The notes beneath the pieces are model-generated. The model was not told where the DNA came from and made no database searches. It saw only the letters and a list, made by a program, of their open reading frames with translations. From Octopus bimaculoides (Eukaryota), in the NCBI RefSeq assembly GCF_001194135.2, contig NC_068984.1, positions 102,264,707-102,328,706 on the forward strand: a DNA stretch of 64,000 nucleotides, given 5' to 3'. Within the stretch, counting starts at the first letter, position 1; every line of letters starts with the position of its first letter. Of this stretch, positions 27,661-40,900 are shown in pieces. The translations under genes and the position numbers were made by a program.

Positions 27661-28995
27661 ATGTATATATATGTATGCATGTATGTATGTACATATTTAA
27701 ACCCTTGTAATTTACCTTTCACGGTAAAGTAGCAAAAAAGAAAGTAGTCATCAACATAAACAATAGTCATATTTGTGTTGGTAACAGATGGAATTTAAAG
27801 ATTAAGAACAGAACTTACTGAGCATGTCCAACATATGAACTGGAAACAACTGCCGGCCAGCTTTGAATAAAAGGAGACAGCCAAGAACAGACATTGAATG
27901 AACCATTACAGCATATTGTAGTTGGTCAGAAGAGTAATATAGAGATCTTGAGGCGTCTTTAAGAGAAGAGAGTGAAAGAGAGAGGGTGGTTAAAGAAATA
28001 TTTAGGAAAGAGACTAGAATTATACAAGTTCTAAATGAAATGTTGAAACAAGTCATGTAGAAACAGGAAAAAATGCATATTTAGTGTGATATATGTATTT
28101 TTTTTTTGTGAAGGTGCAGGTATGGCTGTGTGGTAAGTAGCTTGCTTACCAACCACATGGTTCCAGGTTCAGTCCCACTGTGTGGCACCTTGAGCAAGTG
28201 TCTTCGACCATAGCCTTGGGCCGACCAAAGCCTTGTGAGTGGATTTGGTAGACGGAAACTGAAAGAAGCCCATCGTATATATATGTATATGTATATATAT
28301 GTGTGTTTGAGTGTCTGTGTTTGTCCCCCCAACATCGCTTGACAACCGATGCTGGTGTGTTTACGTCCCCGTAACTTAGCGGTTTGGCAAAAGTGACCGG
28401 TAGAATAAGTACTACAAAGAACAAGTCCAAAGAATAAGATTTGCTCGACTAAAGGTGGTGCTCCAGCATGGCCACAGTCAAATGACTGAAACAAGTAAAA
28501 GAGTAAAGAGTAAAAGAGTGTGTGGCCAAATGGTTAGGCTGTTGCACTCACGATCACTAGATCATGGGTTTGATTCCCTAATTGGATGGTGTGTTATGTT
28601 CTTGAGCAAAACACTTCATTTCACGTTGCTCCAGTCTTTCAATCAAGGGGAAATGCTGGCCTGTTTGCTTAGCCAGTGGGGTTGCATCATTTGAAGGCTA
28701 AAATAATGCAAAAGTGCACTGTGATCAGTGATATGTAACAACATCTGATAACCTGGTTGGTCACATGTTCACATGATATCTATTTTTTATGTATCTCTCA
28801 CCTGTTTCAGCCATTAAATTGTGATCACGCAGGGGCACTGCCTTGAAGAATTTTAGTTGAGCAAATTGACCCCAGTACTTAGTCTAGCAGTATCTTTTGC
28901 TGAACCACTAAGTTACAGGGATGTAAACTCACCAACACCGGTTGTCAAGTGGTGGTAGGGGACAATAAAATATAGACACAAAGACACACACATAC

Positions 28996-29042
<47 letters not shown>

Positions 29043-32000
29043 CATATGTATAGATGACAGGCGTCTTTCAGCCAAATTTACTTACAAGGTTTTGGTTGGC
29101 CTCAGGCTNNNNNNNNNNATATATATATATATATATACATACACATACATATATATAGATGACAGGCTTCTTTCAGCCAAATTTACTTACAAGGCTTTGG
29201 TTGGCCTCAGGCTGTATTAGAAGACACTTGCCCTAGGTTAATTATACCTATGATTGTAACAATCAACTCTTTAGTTAAATTGCTGCAAGCCTTCTTCAAC
29301 AGACATGTCCAAGTGATGTTTACAAGATTACAGCAGTTAAACTGGTAATATTTAGATAACAGGATTATAGATTAACTCATAATTGTTCCCCAGGCAGTAC
29401 TGTTGATTTACGGCTATGAGGCCTATAGTCAACAGATAGCTGATGTGAATTGATTTGGGAAAGTGCTGTAAACTTTATGATGCTATGTTTGTGGAACAGT
29501 GTAACAAGAAGAACATGGACAAGGCAGTTTGCTGTTCAGTTTTGTCCGTATGAACAGAGAATACGTAGAAGCTACAGAAGTTGAGAAGCAAGTAGACCCA
29601 GTTGGTGCATAGCAGTCTCTATTATCGGACACAACCTTCCATTTTTAAGATCATAGGTAATGATTTCAGAGAGATTAAGCTGCTATTTCAAGTAAGTTGC
29701 AACTTCTCACCAGCATGTTCTATTTATAGGCAAGACTCATGTACATAAGTCCCACTTTAAATGACAAGCAATTAACTTTAGACTTTGCTGGGGTTTCTGG
29801 TTGTAAAAATATTTACCCCTATAATTGATGTAATTGTCTGGTTTTCTAAAAACTATCCAAGCTTGACCTCTATTCCTCATCTTAGAATACCAAAACAAAT
29901 TAAATAACAAACTTTGTAAACTATTTCAAAAGATGAGTAATTATAATTATTTGAGGTTTTCTCATATAGTTTACTCAGAAGTCTTTTTGAAATTTTTAAT
30001 GAAATTCAGTTTTATGAAAAATGCTGTATATAATATATCAGCAACATAAATAAATAAATATATATTTAATTATATAGATAATAGATGAGTGTATAAATTG
30101 GAACTGAACCTAGCCATAAATCAATGCTCAGTTCACATCATCACACTTTTAATAATTATAATTATTTCAATTTTAAAAAGTTTTATGTATTTCATTGAAC
30201 CAATTTTTTACTATCAAATATCATATTTTCTTAACAAGAAGATTTAATCATAGTTTCTACTTGTTGTACATGATGCAAAACAGTATTTTTTTGGTTCTAT
30301 TTCTTTTTCTTTTCTGCTTTCTGTCTATTTGATTAATGACAAAATTCAGATCGTATCTTGCTGTCATGTTTGATAAAGAATACGTTGGCAAGAAATAAAT
30401 TAAATATCTCAACAATATTCTGGAGACTACTTTGAAGAGTTACATTAAGCACGCAGAAATTAAATACACTTACAAACGGTTTCATTAAATAAGAATATCT
30501 ACAAAAGATATGTAGACTAATGGTATTAGTTAAATTGGAGAGGAATATTCAGATGATGATGACGATGTTGTTGTTGTTGTTACATTTATAATGTGCAGAC
30601 ATTTCTCTATTTACCAATCAAAGAGTGATATCAAAGAACTGCTCAGTGGCCACAAATTATGAAGAACATGTAACCTTAAATTACATTTTGAATATAATAT
30701 TCGAATTAAATTTCTTCTTGAAATCCTAAATCATCAAAAATTTTTTCTTAACTACTGATATGGCAGACTATATCTTGGGTCTATATATATGTATTCTATC
30801 AATTTTTCTGGAGAATGTTACTAATTCATACAGGGTAAAAACTGATGTTGCTGACACAAGATAAAACTGAAGTTGGTAACTGTACAAAATAAAATTGAAG
30901 TTGCTGACACAAAATAAACTGAAGTTGCTAATTGACATAGGGTAAAACTGAAGTTGCTAACTGATACAGGATAAAACCAATGTAGTATCTGGAAGTGATT
31001 AAATGAGATCACTCAAGCAAGGGAATGAAGTGTCTGTATTTTTGTAGTCACCATCTGGTTTTATAATCATTTGGAGATGAAACTCACTGATGCTTCAATA
31101 TTGAAAAATGCACCAAAATTCTTACTTAAAGTCTTTAAAAATAGCATCAGCATCTCTATAAATATTTATAATCCTGAAGTGGTTTGCTCCTTTGTCCTTC
31201 TGATATGAAAATGGTATGCTGACAAATCCACTTAATAAGCCTCAATAGATTAAAGACTGCAGCTATTGAAATAAAGTAAAGTCATGTATGTACTTTATGA
31301 AACTATTTGTACAAATATCTAAAACAACAGAGAAGGCAATCGGAAAATAGATTTGCCATTGGCGAATTCCATGTTGACACTTTAGCATTTAAACTGGCCA
31401 CAAGTGTTCTATTTATTTTATGTTCAAACTGGCCAAATCTAGCCTCTGAAACAATGTCATTCTAACCATAAATAATCACATCACTGAAATCTCAAAGCTA
31501 TGAGACAATGCAAGATTAGTTCAAATCTGTGTGAACGAATGAGTATTGCATTTGACAGAACAATCTGAATGTTAAAGGGTTAAGGGAAGATTTGCAAAAA
31601 TGCAACTCTTCCATAATGTTGGGGATATCTGTATTCTATCAGCAAGTTCCATGAATTGACTAGAATGCTGAAAATAAGCAGAAACAGTACAATTGCTATA
31701 TAAGCAGTAAACTGTGTATGTTTAGGTAGTGAAATTAAGCAATATGTAAGTGTCTCATTCTGGGAGAGAACTATGGTCTAAGAAAAGAATGAGGAATATT
31801 TTATTTTCCTTTTAGTTGTTTCATAGATCAGTGTACATTTGTGTCTGTTCATTAAAAGTGATTTTAGCCTCTCTTGTAATAAGGATATTAATTCCTTCAA
31901 GATGGAGTATTTGTTTATAATAAGTGATTTTTGACAAAATTTATCATTATATTAACACAAATATATCAACAAAATATATTTACAAAAATTAATACAAATA

Positions 32001-34922
32001 TATCAACAGAATATATTTACAAAAATTAATACAAATATATCAACAAAATATATTTACAAAAATTAACACAAATATATCAACAAAATATATTTACAAAAAT
32101 TAACACAAATATATTTACCCAAATTACATATTAATACAAACTATATTACATAAACATAAATATATTAGCACAAATTATATTAACATAAATATACTAACCT
32201 GACAGAAATGTGTGACGATGGTGCTGAGTTAATGTCTTCTGGTTTTGCTTGGTTTCAATAAAGTTTAACACATATCTTACTGAATTTTCAACCTAATATT
32301 TAAAAAAAAAAGCGGGTGTAGAAACCATAATAAAAATTAAATAAATTAGCATATATTAATAAAGGCATTTTATCTTTCATCTTTTACTTGTTTCACTCAA
32401 TGGATTGTTGCCATGCAATTATCAGTGCAGGAGCTAACTCCTGAAATGCTTCAAAATGTGTTTCACAATGCTAAGGAGAGATTTGAAGTATGCAGAGATA
32501 CAGACATGTCAAAAATTTTCAATAAAACTTTGACATAAGATTTTAAAATCTATTTATTTTGGTAATAAACATAAAATTCTGTCAGTTTTTTTTAAGATTT
32601 GCTCAATTTCATTGAAACAGATAGATAATTCTGGAACACCCTGTATGGTGTGGCGTTGTTAGTTGTTGCATTGCTCGAGTAAATATTAAAATCAAAGGTC
32701 TTCTTGCCGTAAACATCCAATCTTTTTGCTAAGCATATTGTATCAAGGAGTATATTATCCAAAATATATCTCTCCTTTATAGGCGTGGCTGTGTGGTTGA
32801 GAAGCTTGCTTTCCAACCATGTCGCCTTGGGTTCAGTCCCACTGTGTGGCACATTGGACAATTGTCTTTCATTATAGTTTCATGCTGACCAATGCCTTGT
32901 GTATTATATAATTGCCATTACTGTATTGATATGTAAAATAACACATACAACTCACTTATTATTGTCATATAATAAACAAACAGAAGTTTGTGTATGAAGT
33001 TGATCTTTTTTCTATTTCAATTATTACATGTTTCTTTCTTATAAAATATACACATACAGGAGAAGTAAATCTATACATATAATAAGACTTCGAATGTGGC
33101 TCCCGAGAAAGAGTAAAAGTAGTTACCTGATCAACAACGGGTGTTAATGCTAGTATATACATACATATATGTATATATATATATATATANNNNNNNNNNN
33201 NNNNNNNNNNNNNNNNNNNNNNNNNNNNNNNNNNNNNNNNNNNNNNNNNNNNNNNNNNNNNNNNNNNNNNNNNNNNNNNNNNNNNNNNNNNNNNNNNNNN
33301 NNNNNNNNNNNNNNNNNNNNNNNNNNNNNNNNNNNNNNNNNNNNNNNNNNNNNNNNNNNNNNNNNNNNNNNNNNNNNNNNNNNNNNNNNNNNNNNNNNNN
33401 NNNNNNNNNNNNNNNNNNNNNNNNNNNNNNNNNNNNNNNNNNNNNNNNNNNNNNNNNNNNNNNNNNNNNNNNNNNNNNNNNNNNNNNNNNNNNNNNNNNN
33501 NNNNNNNNNNNNNNNNNNNNNNNNNNNNNNNNNNNNNNNNNNNNNNNNNNNNNNNNNNNNNNNNNNNNNNNNNNNNNNNNNNNNNNNNNNNNNNNNNNNN
33601 NNNNNNNNNNNNNNNNNNNNNNNNNNNNNNNNNTATAACCAATGAAATTGACTGCCAATCATCCTGAAAGATGTCTTTCAACTGTGTTACATTGTGGGTT
33701 TTTTCTCCTCAACCTTCCTTTGCAAAACAATCCACAGATGTTCTACTGGGTTTAAATCAGGTGACATCATAAGCCAAGGCAATACCTTTACCTTTTTATC
33801 TGATAAAAACTTAGTCGTCATCTTTGAAGTGTATTTAGGGTCATTATCATGTTGGAACTGTCTCCTAGTTTCTTGATGCTTTTCAACATTGTTTTCTGCA
33901 ATATGTCACAATAAATCCTTGAATCCATTGTTTTCTCAATAAATGTGAGTTCTTCCACACCAGCCACACTCATGCATCCCCAAAGCATAACACTTCCACT
34001 GTTGTGTTTCACAGTAGGCATGGTGCATTTGTCACTGTTATCTTCACCTGGTCATCACCATACTTGTTTAATACAATCTGACCCAAACAAGTTGATTTTA
34101 GTCTCATTAGGAAAAAGCAAACTCCTTCCCCTTACTCACATAGGTTTCAACCAAAGAAAGCCGACTTGATTTATGCCTGGTAGTGAAGAGAGGCTTCCTA
34201 CAAGGAATGCAGCCATGAAGACCACATTGGTTCAAACTTCCGTGAACTGTTTGGGTGGATACACTCTTTCCACTAACAAAAGACACTTCTTCAGCCAAAG
34301 ATGAAGTGGTACATTGTTCGATGTGGTGAATATCACATGCAGTTAAAATAGAAGGACGATCTGGATGATCTTTATTGCATAGCCATCCAGTAGCTTTGTA
34401 CTTCTGAATTACTTTGGCAACTGTGTTTATGCTAATATGTATTCGTTTGCTAATTAACTTGTATCCTAAACCATTTTTGTGTGAATTAAAAGTAATTTTC
34501 TTCAAGTCTTCAGACAATCCTTTTTCCTTTGGTGCCACTTTAATCACAATGAAGAAGATTTTCACCATGGTACACAAATCAGAATTCCTACAGATGCAAT
34601 AACAAAGACCAGTGCAAAAAATGCCAGGAGAAATAAATTATTAGAATCGAAATTATTAGTAATATCTGAATGTAGTAAAAAAAGTGGATAAAATATTGAA
34701 TATAGCAAATTTCCTTTAGGGTGCACATATTTTTGTATCATTTGAAAATGAATATATTGTTCATAGCTTTGAAAATGTTTATTGTTTTGTGTTCCAATTT
34801 TGTGTGATGTTTGCATGTATAATATATGTTATTCAGTATAAATTTTGTTTGATTTCCTTCAATATTATCAGAGTAATGGCAATTTTACTGAAATATTTTA
34901 GGGGTGTACATGCTTCTGTGAG

Positions 34923-34989
<67 letters not shown>

Positions 34990-37900
34990 GATTCGCAGTC
35001 AAGGCGCAGAAATGGCATATGGTATTAGGAAGGGCAGCCTTTCTGGCACTTGTGCCCGTGACATGTGTAAGGATTTTCGAGCGAGATCATTGCCAGTTCC
35101 TCCTGGACTGGCTCTTGTGCGGGTGGCACATAAGATACACCATTTTGAGCGTGGCCATTGCCAGTACCGCCTGACTGGCCTTCGTGCGGGTGACACGTAA
35201 AAGCACCCACTACACTCTCTGAGTGGTTGGCGTTAGGAAGGGCATCCAGCTGTAGAAACTCTGCCAAATCAGATTGGAGCCTGGTGTAGCCATCTGGTTT
35301 CATCAGTCCTCAGTCAAATCGTCCAACCCATGCTAGCATGGAAAGCGGACGTTAAACGATGATGATGATAATGATGATCCAACCTTAAGGAACCGTGCTA
35401 AAACAATTGAAGCTGAGTGCTGCTCTCCAGCTTGTCAGCATGGAAAATGGACATTAAATGATGATGATGACTATATATATATATATATNNNNNNNNNNNN
35501 NNNNNNNNNNNNNNNNNNNNNNNNNNNNNNNNNNNNNNNNNNNNNNNNNNNNNNNNNNNNNNNNNNNNNNNNNNNNNNNNNNNNNNNNNNNNNNNNNNNN
35601 NNNNNNNNNNNNNNNNNNNNNNNNNNNNNNNNNNNNNNNNNNNNNNNNNNNNNNNNNNNNNNNNNNNNNNNNNNNNNNNNNNNNNNNNNNNNNNNNNNNN
35701 NNNNNNNNNNNNNNNNNNNNNNNNNNNNNNNNNNNNNNNNNNNNNNNNNNNNNNNNNNNNNNNNNNNNNNNNNNNNNNNNNNNNNNNNNNNNNNNNNNNN
35801 NNNNNNNNNNNNNNNNNNNNNNNNNNNNNNNNNNNNNTTTTCTTTTATTAATATTTAGCAGAAGTAACAGAGTGAGTCAAGGCCCAAGTCACTCCGTTAC
35901 ATGTGCTAAGTATTAATAAGAATATACATAAACTAATATTTTGAGTCTTTTTTCCTATTTACATCAACATACCTATATATATACATATATGAGTGTGTGT
36001 GTGTGTGTGTGTGTGTCTGTGTGTACAAGTATCACTGTATACACAGATATATAAAATCACTTTAACATTCACATCAAAACCTTAAAGTGACAACTCGACT
36101 GTGAATGAGGGTGGACGGAGTGATTTGACTTTGTGGAGCAATTGACATCATAGTTTTCCCAAGCAAGTCTTTCTCTTTAGCATCCAGCATTAAGTTAACA
36201 ACTGGTTTGCATTTTTCTTTTAAAAACAAAGCTTTTACAGCTCAGTTTACCATTGTCTTTAACATTGTTGTTGACATAGCACTTAAAATTTGTATATTGT
36301 CAAAAAGAGGTAAACGCTATCTAAGCCCTGTTGGCATCTTAGTGCCAGAACTTGGCTTCAGTTTGACATTAAGTGGAGAAGAAATAACTCCACCCTTGTC
36401 TGATAAGATGTCAGTTTATTACAAGTAACATCCTTATATGATGTGGTTTCTATTTCTGACAGCTAGGAAATATAGAATAAAATACAGAATAAAAGGTTTC
36501 ACTCAGAAACCAAGCAAAATATATCCATCGGAATTTATACCTTATCTACTAATCTAGCTTATGATCACTTTATGTTATGTATTCAGTACTACATTTGTTA
36601 TACAATTAATCCACTTCTTGATTTCATTATTACATTATGTTATATATTTAATAGTACATTTGTTGTAAACCTTATCCACTAATCCAGTACTACAGTTGTT
36701 ATAAACCTAATCCACTTATCTAGTTTATGATTATATCATGTTATGTATCTTGTACTACAATTGTTACCAACCTAATCCCCATCAAATGATTACAAACAAG
36801 TATAAAATATTGTTTACAAAAAATGAAAAACTAAAAATATTTACCAAGTATTGGTAAGTTTTTAAGAGTTTCAACAAAGTAGCCCGACTGCAAACACCAT
36901 GCTGAAAAGTAAAACAAGAAAAGCAATACATAAATTTCATTTGCTTTTCAGGCAGAATAAAATCAAAATTGTGAATTATTTCATTGTTGAAATCAAAAAG
37001 CTGCTAGAAATAGACTCACAAGAATGGGATTGCTTTAACTAGTAAAGACCTCTGTATCACTCTACACTATCTTTTCTCTTTTACTTGTGTCAGTCATTAG
37101 ATTGTGGCCATGCTGCAGCACTGCTTTGAAGAATTTTAGCAAAACAAATTACCTACAGTACTTATTATTTTCTGTAAAGTCTGGTACTTATCCTATCAGT
37201 CTCTTTTGCCGAATTGCTAAGTTATGGGGATGTAAGCACATTAATACCTTTTGTCAAGTGGTGGTGGTGGTGGTGGGGCACAAGCATAGACACAAAGACA
37301 GACACACACACACACATATACATGACCAATCCACTTACAAGGCTTTGGTTGGCCTGATGCTATAGTAGAAGACATGTGCCCAAGGTACCATGCAGTGGGA
37401 CTGAACCTGGGACCATGTGGTTGGGAAGAATGTCAGGGTATTTGGTTTTTGTTTGTTGACAATAAGAGCATAAGGAGCCATCAAGAGAGGACTTATACCA
37501 GATTGTGAAGTGGGTACTAACATAAGTAATGGAATAATCCAAGAAACTTTAATCAATTCAAATTAGATCTGAAGTGAGAAGAGCAACTTATTAGCTTAAA
37601 GATTAATTCTGGTGAAGAAATACAAGGGAGACAACCCTGGAACTGAAATTATAAGTATTGGGTCATCCCATAAATAATGCAGTTTTTCAATTGCATGAAC
37701 TAAAAGTTGAAGGGGGACAGGATAAACTACCTGCATCAACTTGCTATAAAAGCAGGTAGTAATTTTACCTTGTCCTTATTCTTAGTGCAAGTTTTGAAGA
37801 GTGCAGTTCACTTTTAACAGTTATTTTTTCAAAGCTATAATGGAAGTGACAAAGGAGCATATTCAGCATATTTTGCATTATGAATTCAATAAAGGCAACA

Positions 37901-40900
37901 ACACAATGGAAAGTGCAAGGAATATTAATGCAGTATATGGGGATTGGACAATAAGCATAAGCCAATGTCAACGGTGGTTCTAGAAATTCTAAGCCAGGAA
38001 CTACAGCCTAGAAGAAGAGCCATGTCCTGGAAGATCTGTAGAGCTTGACAAGGATGTCCTGCAAACCCTAGTGGAACTAGCGGAGAAGCTTGACTTTGGT
38101 CATTCAACCATTCATCGACACCTGCATGCCATCAGAAAAGTCACTTTCTGAGTCTAATCACACACAGAGAGTGAATGTGTGCTCTCCTTTGCTGTCACAT
38201 CTCACGAATGACCCTTTTTTAGAGTGAATAGTGACTGGTGATGAGAAATAGGTTCTCTGTAAGAATGTCAAGTGCAGAAGACAGTGGGTAGGGAAAGGAG
38301 AAACACTGGCACCCCAGGCTAAAGATAACAACATCCACATAAGGTGTTGTTATCTGTTTGGTGGGATATGAAAGGTTTAGTCCACTTTGAACTTTTAAAT
38401 CAAAACCAAACAATAACAAAGGAGATCTATGGTGAGCCACTTGAGCGGTGAGTCAGTGCTAGAATAGTGAGTCAACATTAGAAAAAAAACAACCATCTTT
38501 GGTTTCAAGACAAAAGGTGTTCTTCCATCAGGATAATGCAAGGCCACATACAGTGAGGATGACATTCCAAAGGCTGGAGCAGTTTGAATGGGAAATAATG
38601 CCCCACCCACCATATTTGCCAGACATTACCCCAGCTGATTTATTCAGCAGTCTTCAAAATCATTTGGACAGAAAAAATATGAATTCTGCAGACAAAGTCA
38701 GAACAGTACTGGAGGAGTATTTTTGATCATGGACAAATAAATTTTGGAAGTCTACCAGACAGATGGAAGAGCATTGTAGAAAATGAAGGAAAGTATATTT
38801 TAGATTAAAAAAGAACTTTGTTATCTTAATTTTGAGAAATAAAAGAAGTATAAAAAAACTGCATTGTTTATGGGATGACCCAATAATTAAAAACAGAGAT
38901 TAGTGGGGAGTGATTATAAGTGTAGGGAATAAATGACATCTCCAAACATATTGCAGTTATATCAAACTCCATCAGTGAAATATAAACTGCTACTGCAGAT
39001 CTTAGAATGACTGGAGATAATATAGGATTTTGGCAAAAGAACACTGAGTAGCAAGATAATGTAAGAGTATAATATAATTGGAGTTAAAATAACCAGTGAC
39101 ATCTGCTGTAAGAAAAACAAATAGTAAAGTCGGTGTTAAGATACAGTGACTAACTTACCATCCATTTTGAAAACCATGTTGCTTTATAGTCAAACAAGGC
39201 AAATAAATGCAAAGCTTCTAATGATGTTTGGCTACTGGCATTGCTGGTCTTGCTGCAACAAATTAACTTGAGGCTACTTTCTAAGACTTCGGTGAGAAAT
39301 CTACAAAACAAAGAAAGAATTAAAATATCATGAATAAAAAAGGAACAGGAATGACTGTGTTGTTAAGGAGCTTGCTTTCCAACCACGTGGTCTTCGGTTT
39401 GTTAATTGACAATCTTGGCTTCACATACCACTTCAGTGGTTATCACTTTTCAGCAGAATTCCTGATGTTGCAAACATTCAGGCCAGATTTTCTGGTTCTC
39501 TTTGCATCCAGATTTTTCTTGTAGGTCTTCAGGTTGGACGCTGGCTACATCACTCTCACCAGTCTGAGTCTACCAAATCCATTCACAAGGCTAACCTAAG
39601 CCTAGTGTGAGGATTCGGTAGACAGAAACAGCAAAACACCCCTTGTATATGTGTGTGTGTGTGTGTGTGTGTTTGTTTGTTTCCTACCATAACTTGACAA
39701 TTGGTGCGGATTGCTTATGTCCCCATAATTTAGTGGATTGGCTAGAGAGACTGACAGAATAAGTACCAGGTTCAAAAATATGTTCTGGGGTTGGTTTGTG
39801 CAACTTAACCCTTCAAGGCAGTGGCCCAGTATGGTTGTAGGCCAATGAGTGAAACAAGTAAAAGATAAAAGACAAAGAGGAAATGCAAAATAAAAGCAAT
39901 TTCCTAGATTGTTGTATTTTAATCAGAGAAGGTTATGCAATGCCTGTAACTTACCCAGACTGGTGAGAGTGCTGTAGCAAGCATCCAACCAGAGGTCCTA
40001 CAAGAAAAATAAGGATGCGAAGAGAACCAGGAGATCTGGTCTGAATGTTTGCAACATCAGGAATTCTGCTAACAAGTGATAACCACTCAAGTGGTATGTT
40101 AGGCCAAGGTTGTCATTTAATGAATGGTTAGAAAAACAGAGTTGATTTTTTGAAAATATTTTTCAATCTATTTTTGTTTTCTGGTAATAATTGATTGGTT
40201 ACATAAATTCAGATATTTACAGGAACTGATACCAGAGGTAATTTACATATTGGTTATGATGGAGAGGTAATTTACATATTGATAGTGATATAAAGGTAAT
40301 TTACAAAGTGGTAGTGAGGAGGTAGATGTAATTTGCATATTGATAGTGGTGCTGGGGGAATTTACATATTGGTACTCTTCTTAATGCTGTTCATTATACT
40401 AAAGTAAATGAAATATCAGAAAATATTCCCTTCTGGCAGCCAACTTGCTGGCATCCTCAATGAAGTGGGTGTTACCATAGTGATAGTAGAGAAGTGGGAG
40501 TTATAATAGGGAATGGAGTGAAATGGGTGTTAACATAGTGGTAGTAGTGACATGGAAGTCACTATAGTGAATGCAGTGAGCCAAGAAGTTTTAATCAATT
40601 CAAACTAAATTTCTATTAACAATAAAAAAAAATTATCTTAATGATTAATTTTAATGAAGAAAGTCAAGAGAAACAGTCAGAATTGAAATTAATAATTAAA
40701 AAAAAAAAAATTGAAGGTAGTGGAAGGTTGAATTTAATACTTGATAGTAAGAGGACAACTTTGGACATATTTCAATCTTACAAGACCTCATCATCATAGA
40801 ATTTTCAGCTGTTACTGAAGATCTTAGAATGATTACAGAGAATGTAGGATTCTAGTGAAAACCCACTAAGTAGGTAATAACAAAAACAAAAAAATCACTG

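Noticed and set aside
29040-29212. Near-identical ~70-bp duplication either side of a 10-N gap
   Set aside because: Most likely unmerged contig overlap, i.e. an assembly artefact.
30474-30498. 25-nt microexon candidate (ttttgtag|..|gtaagt)
   Set aside because: Neighbouring exons join in frame without it, it would frameshift, and there is no orthologue support.
31126-31262. Exon-like stretch with gtaag donor
   Set aside because: Stops in all frames from the best acceptor; no similarity to TBC1D32; phase mismatch.
9485-40372. Tandem repeats considered as CRISPR-like arrays
   Set aside because: No unique spacers, eukaryotic context, no cas genes; ordinary minisatellites.
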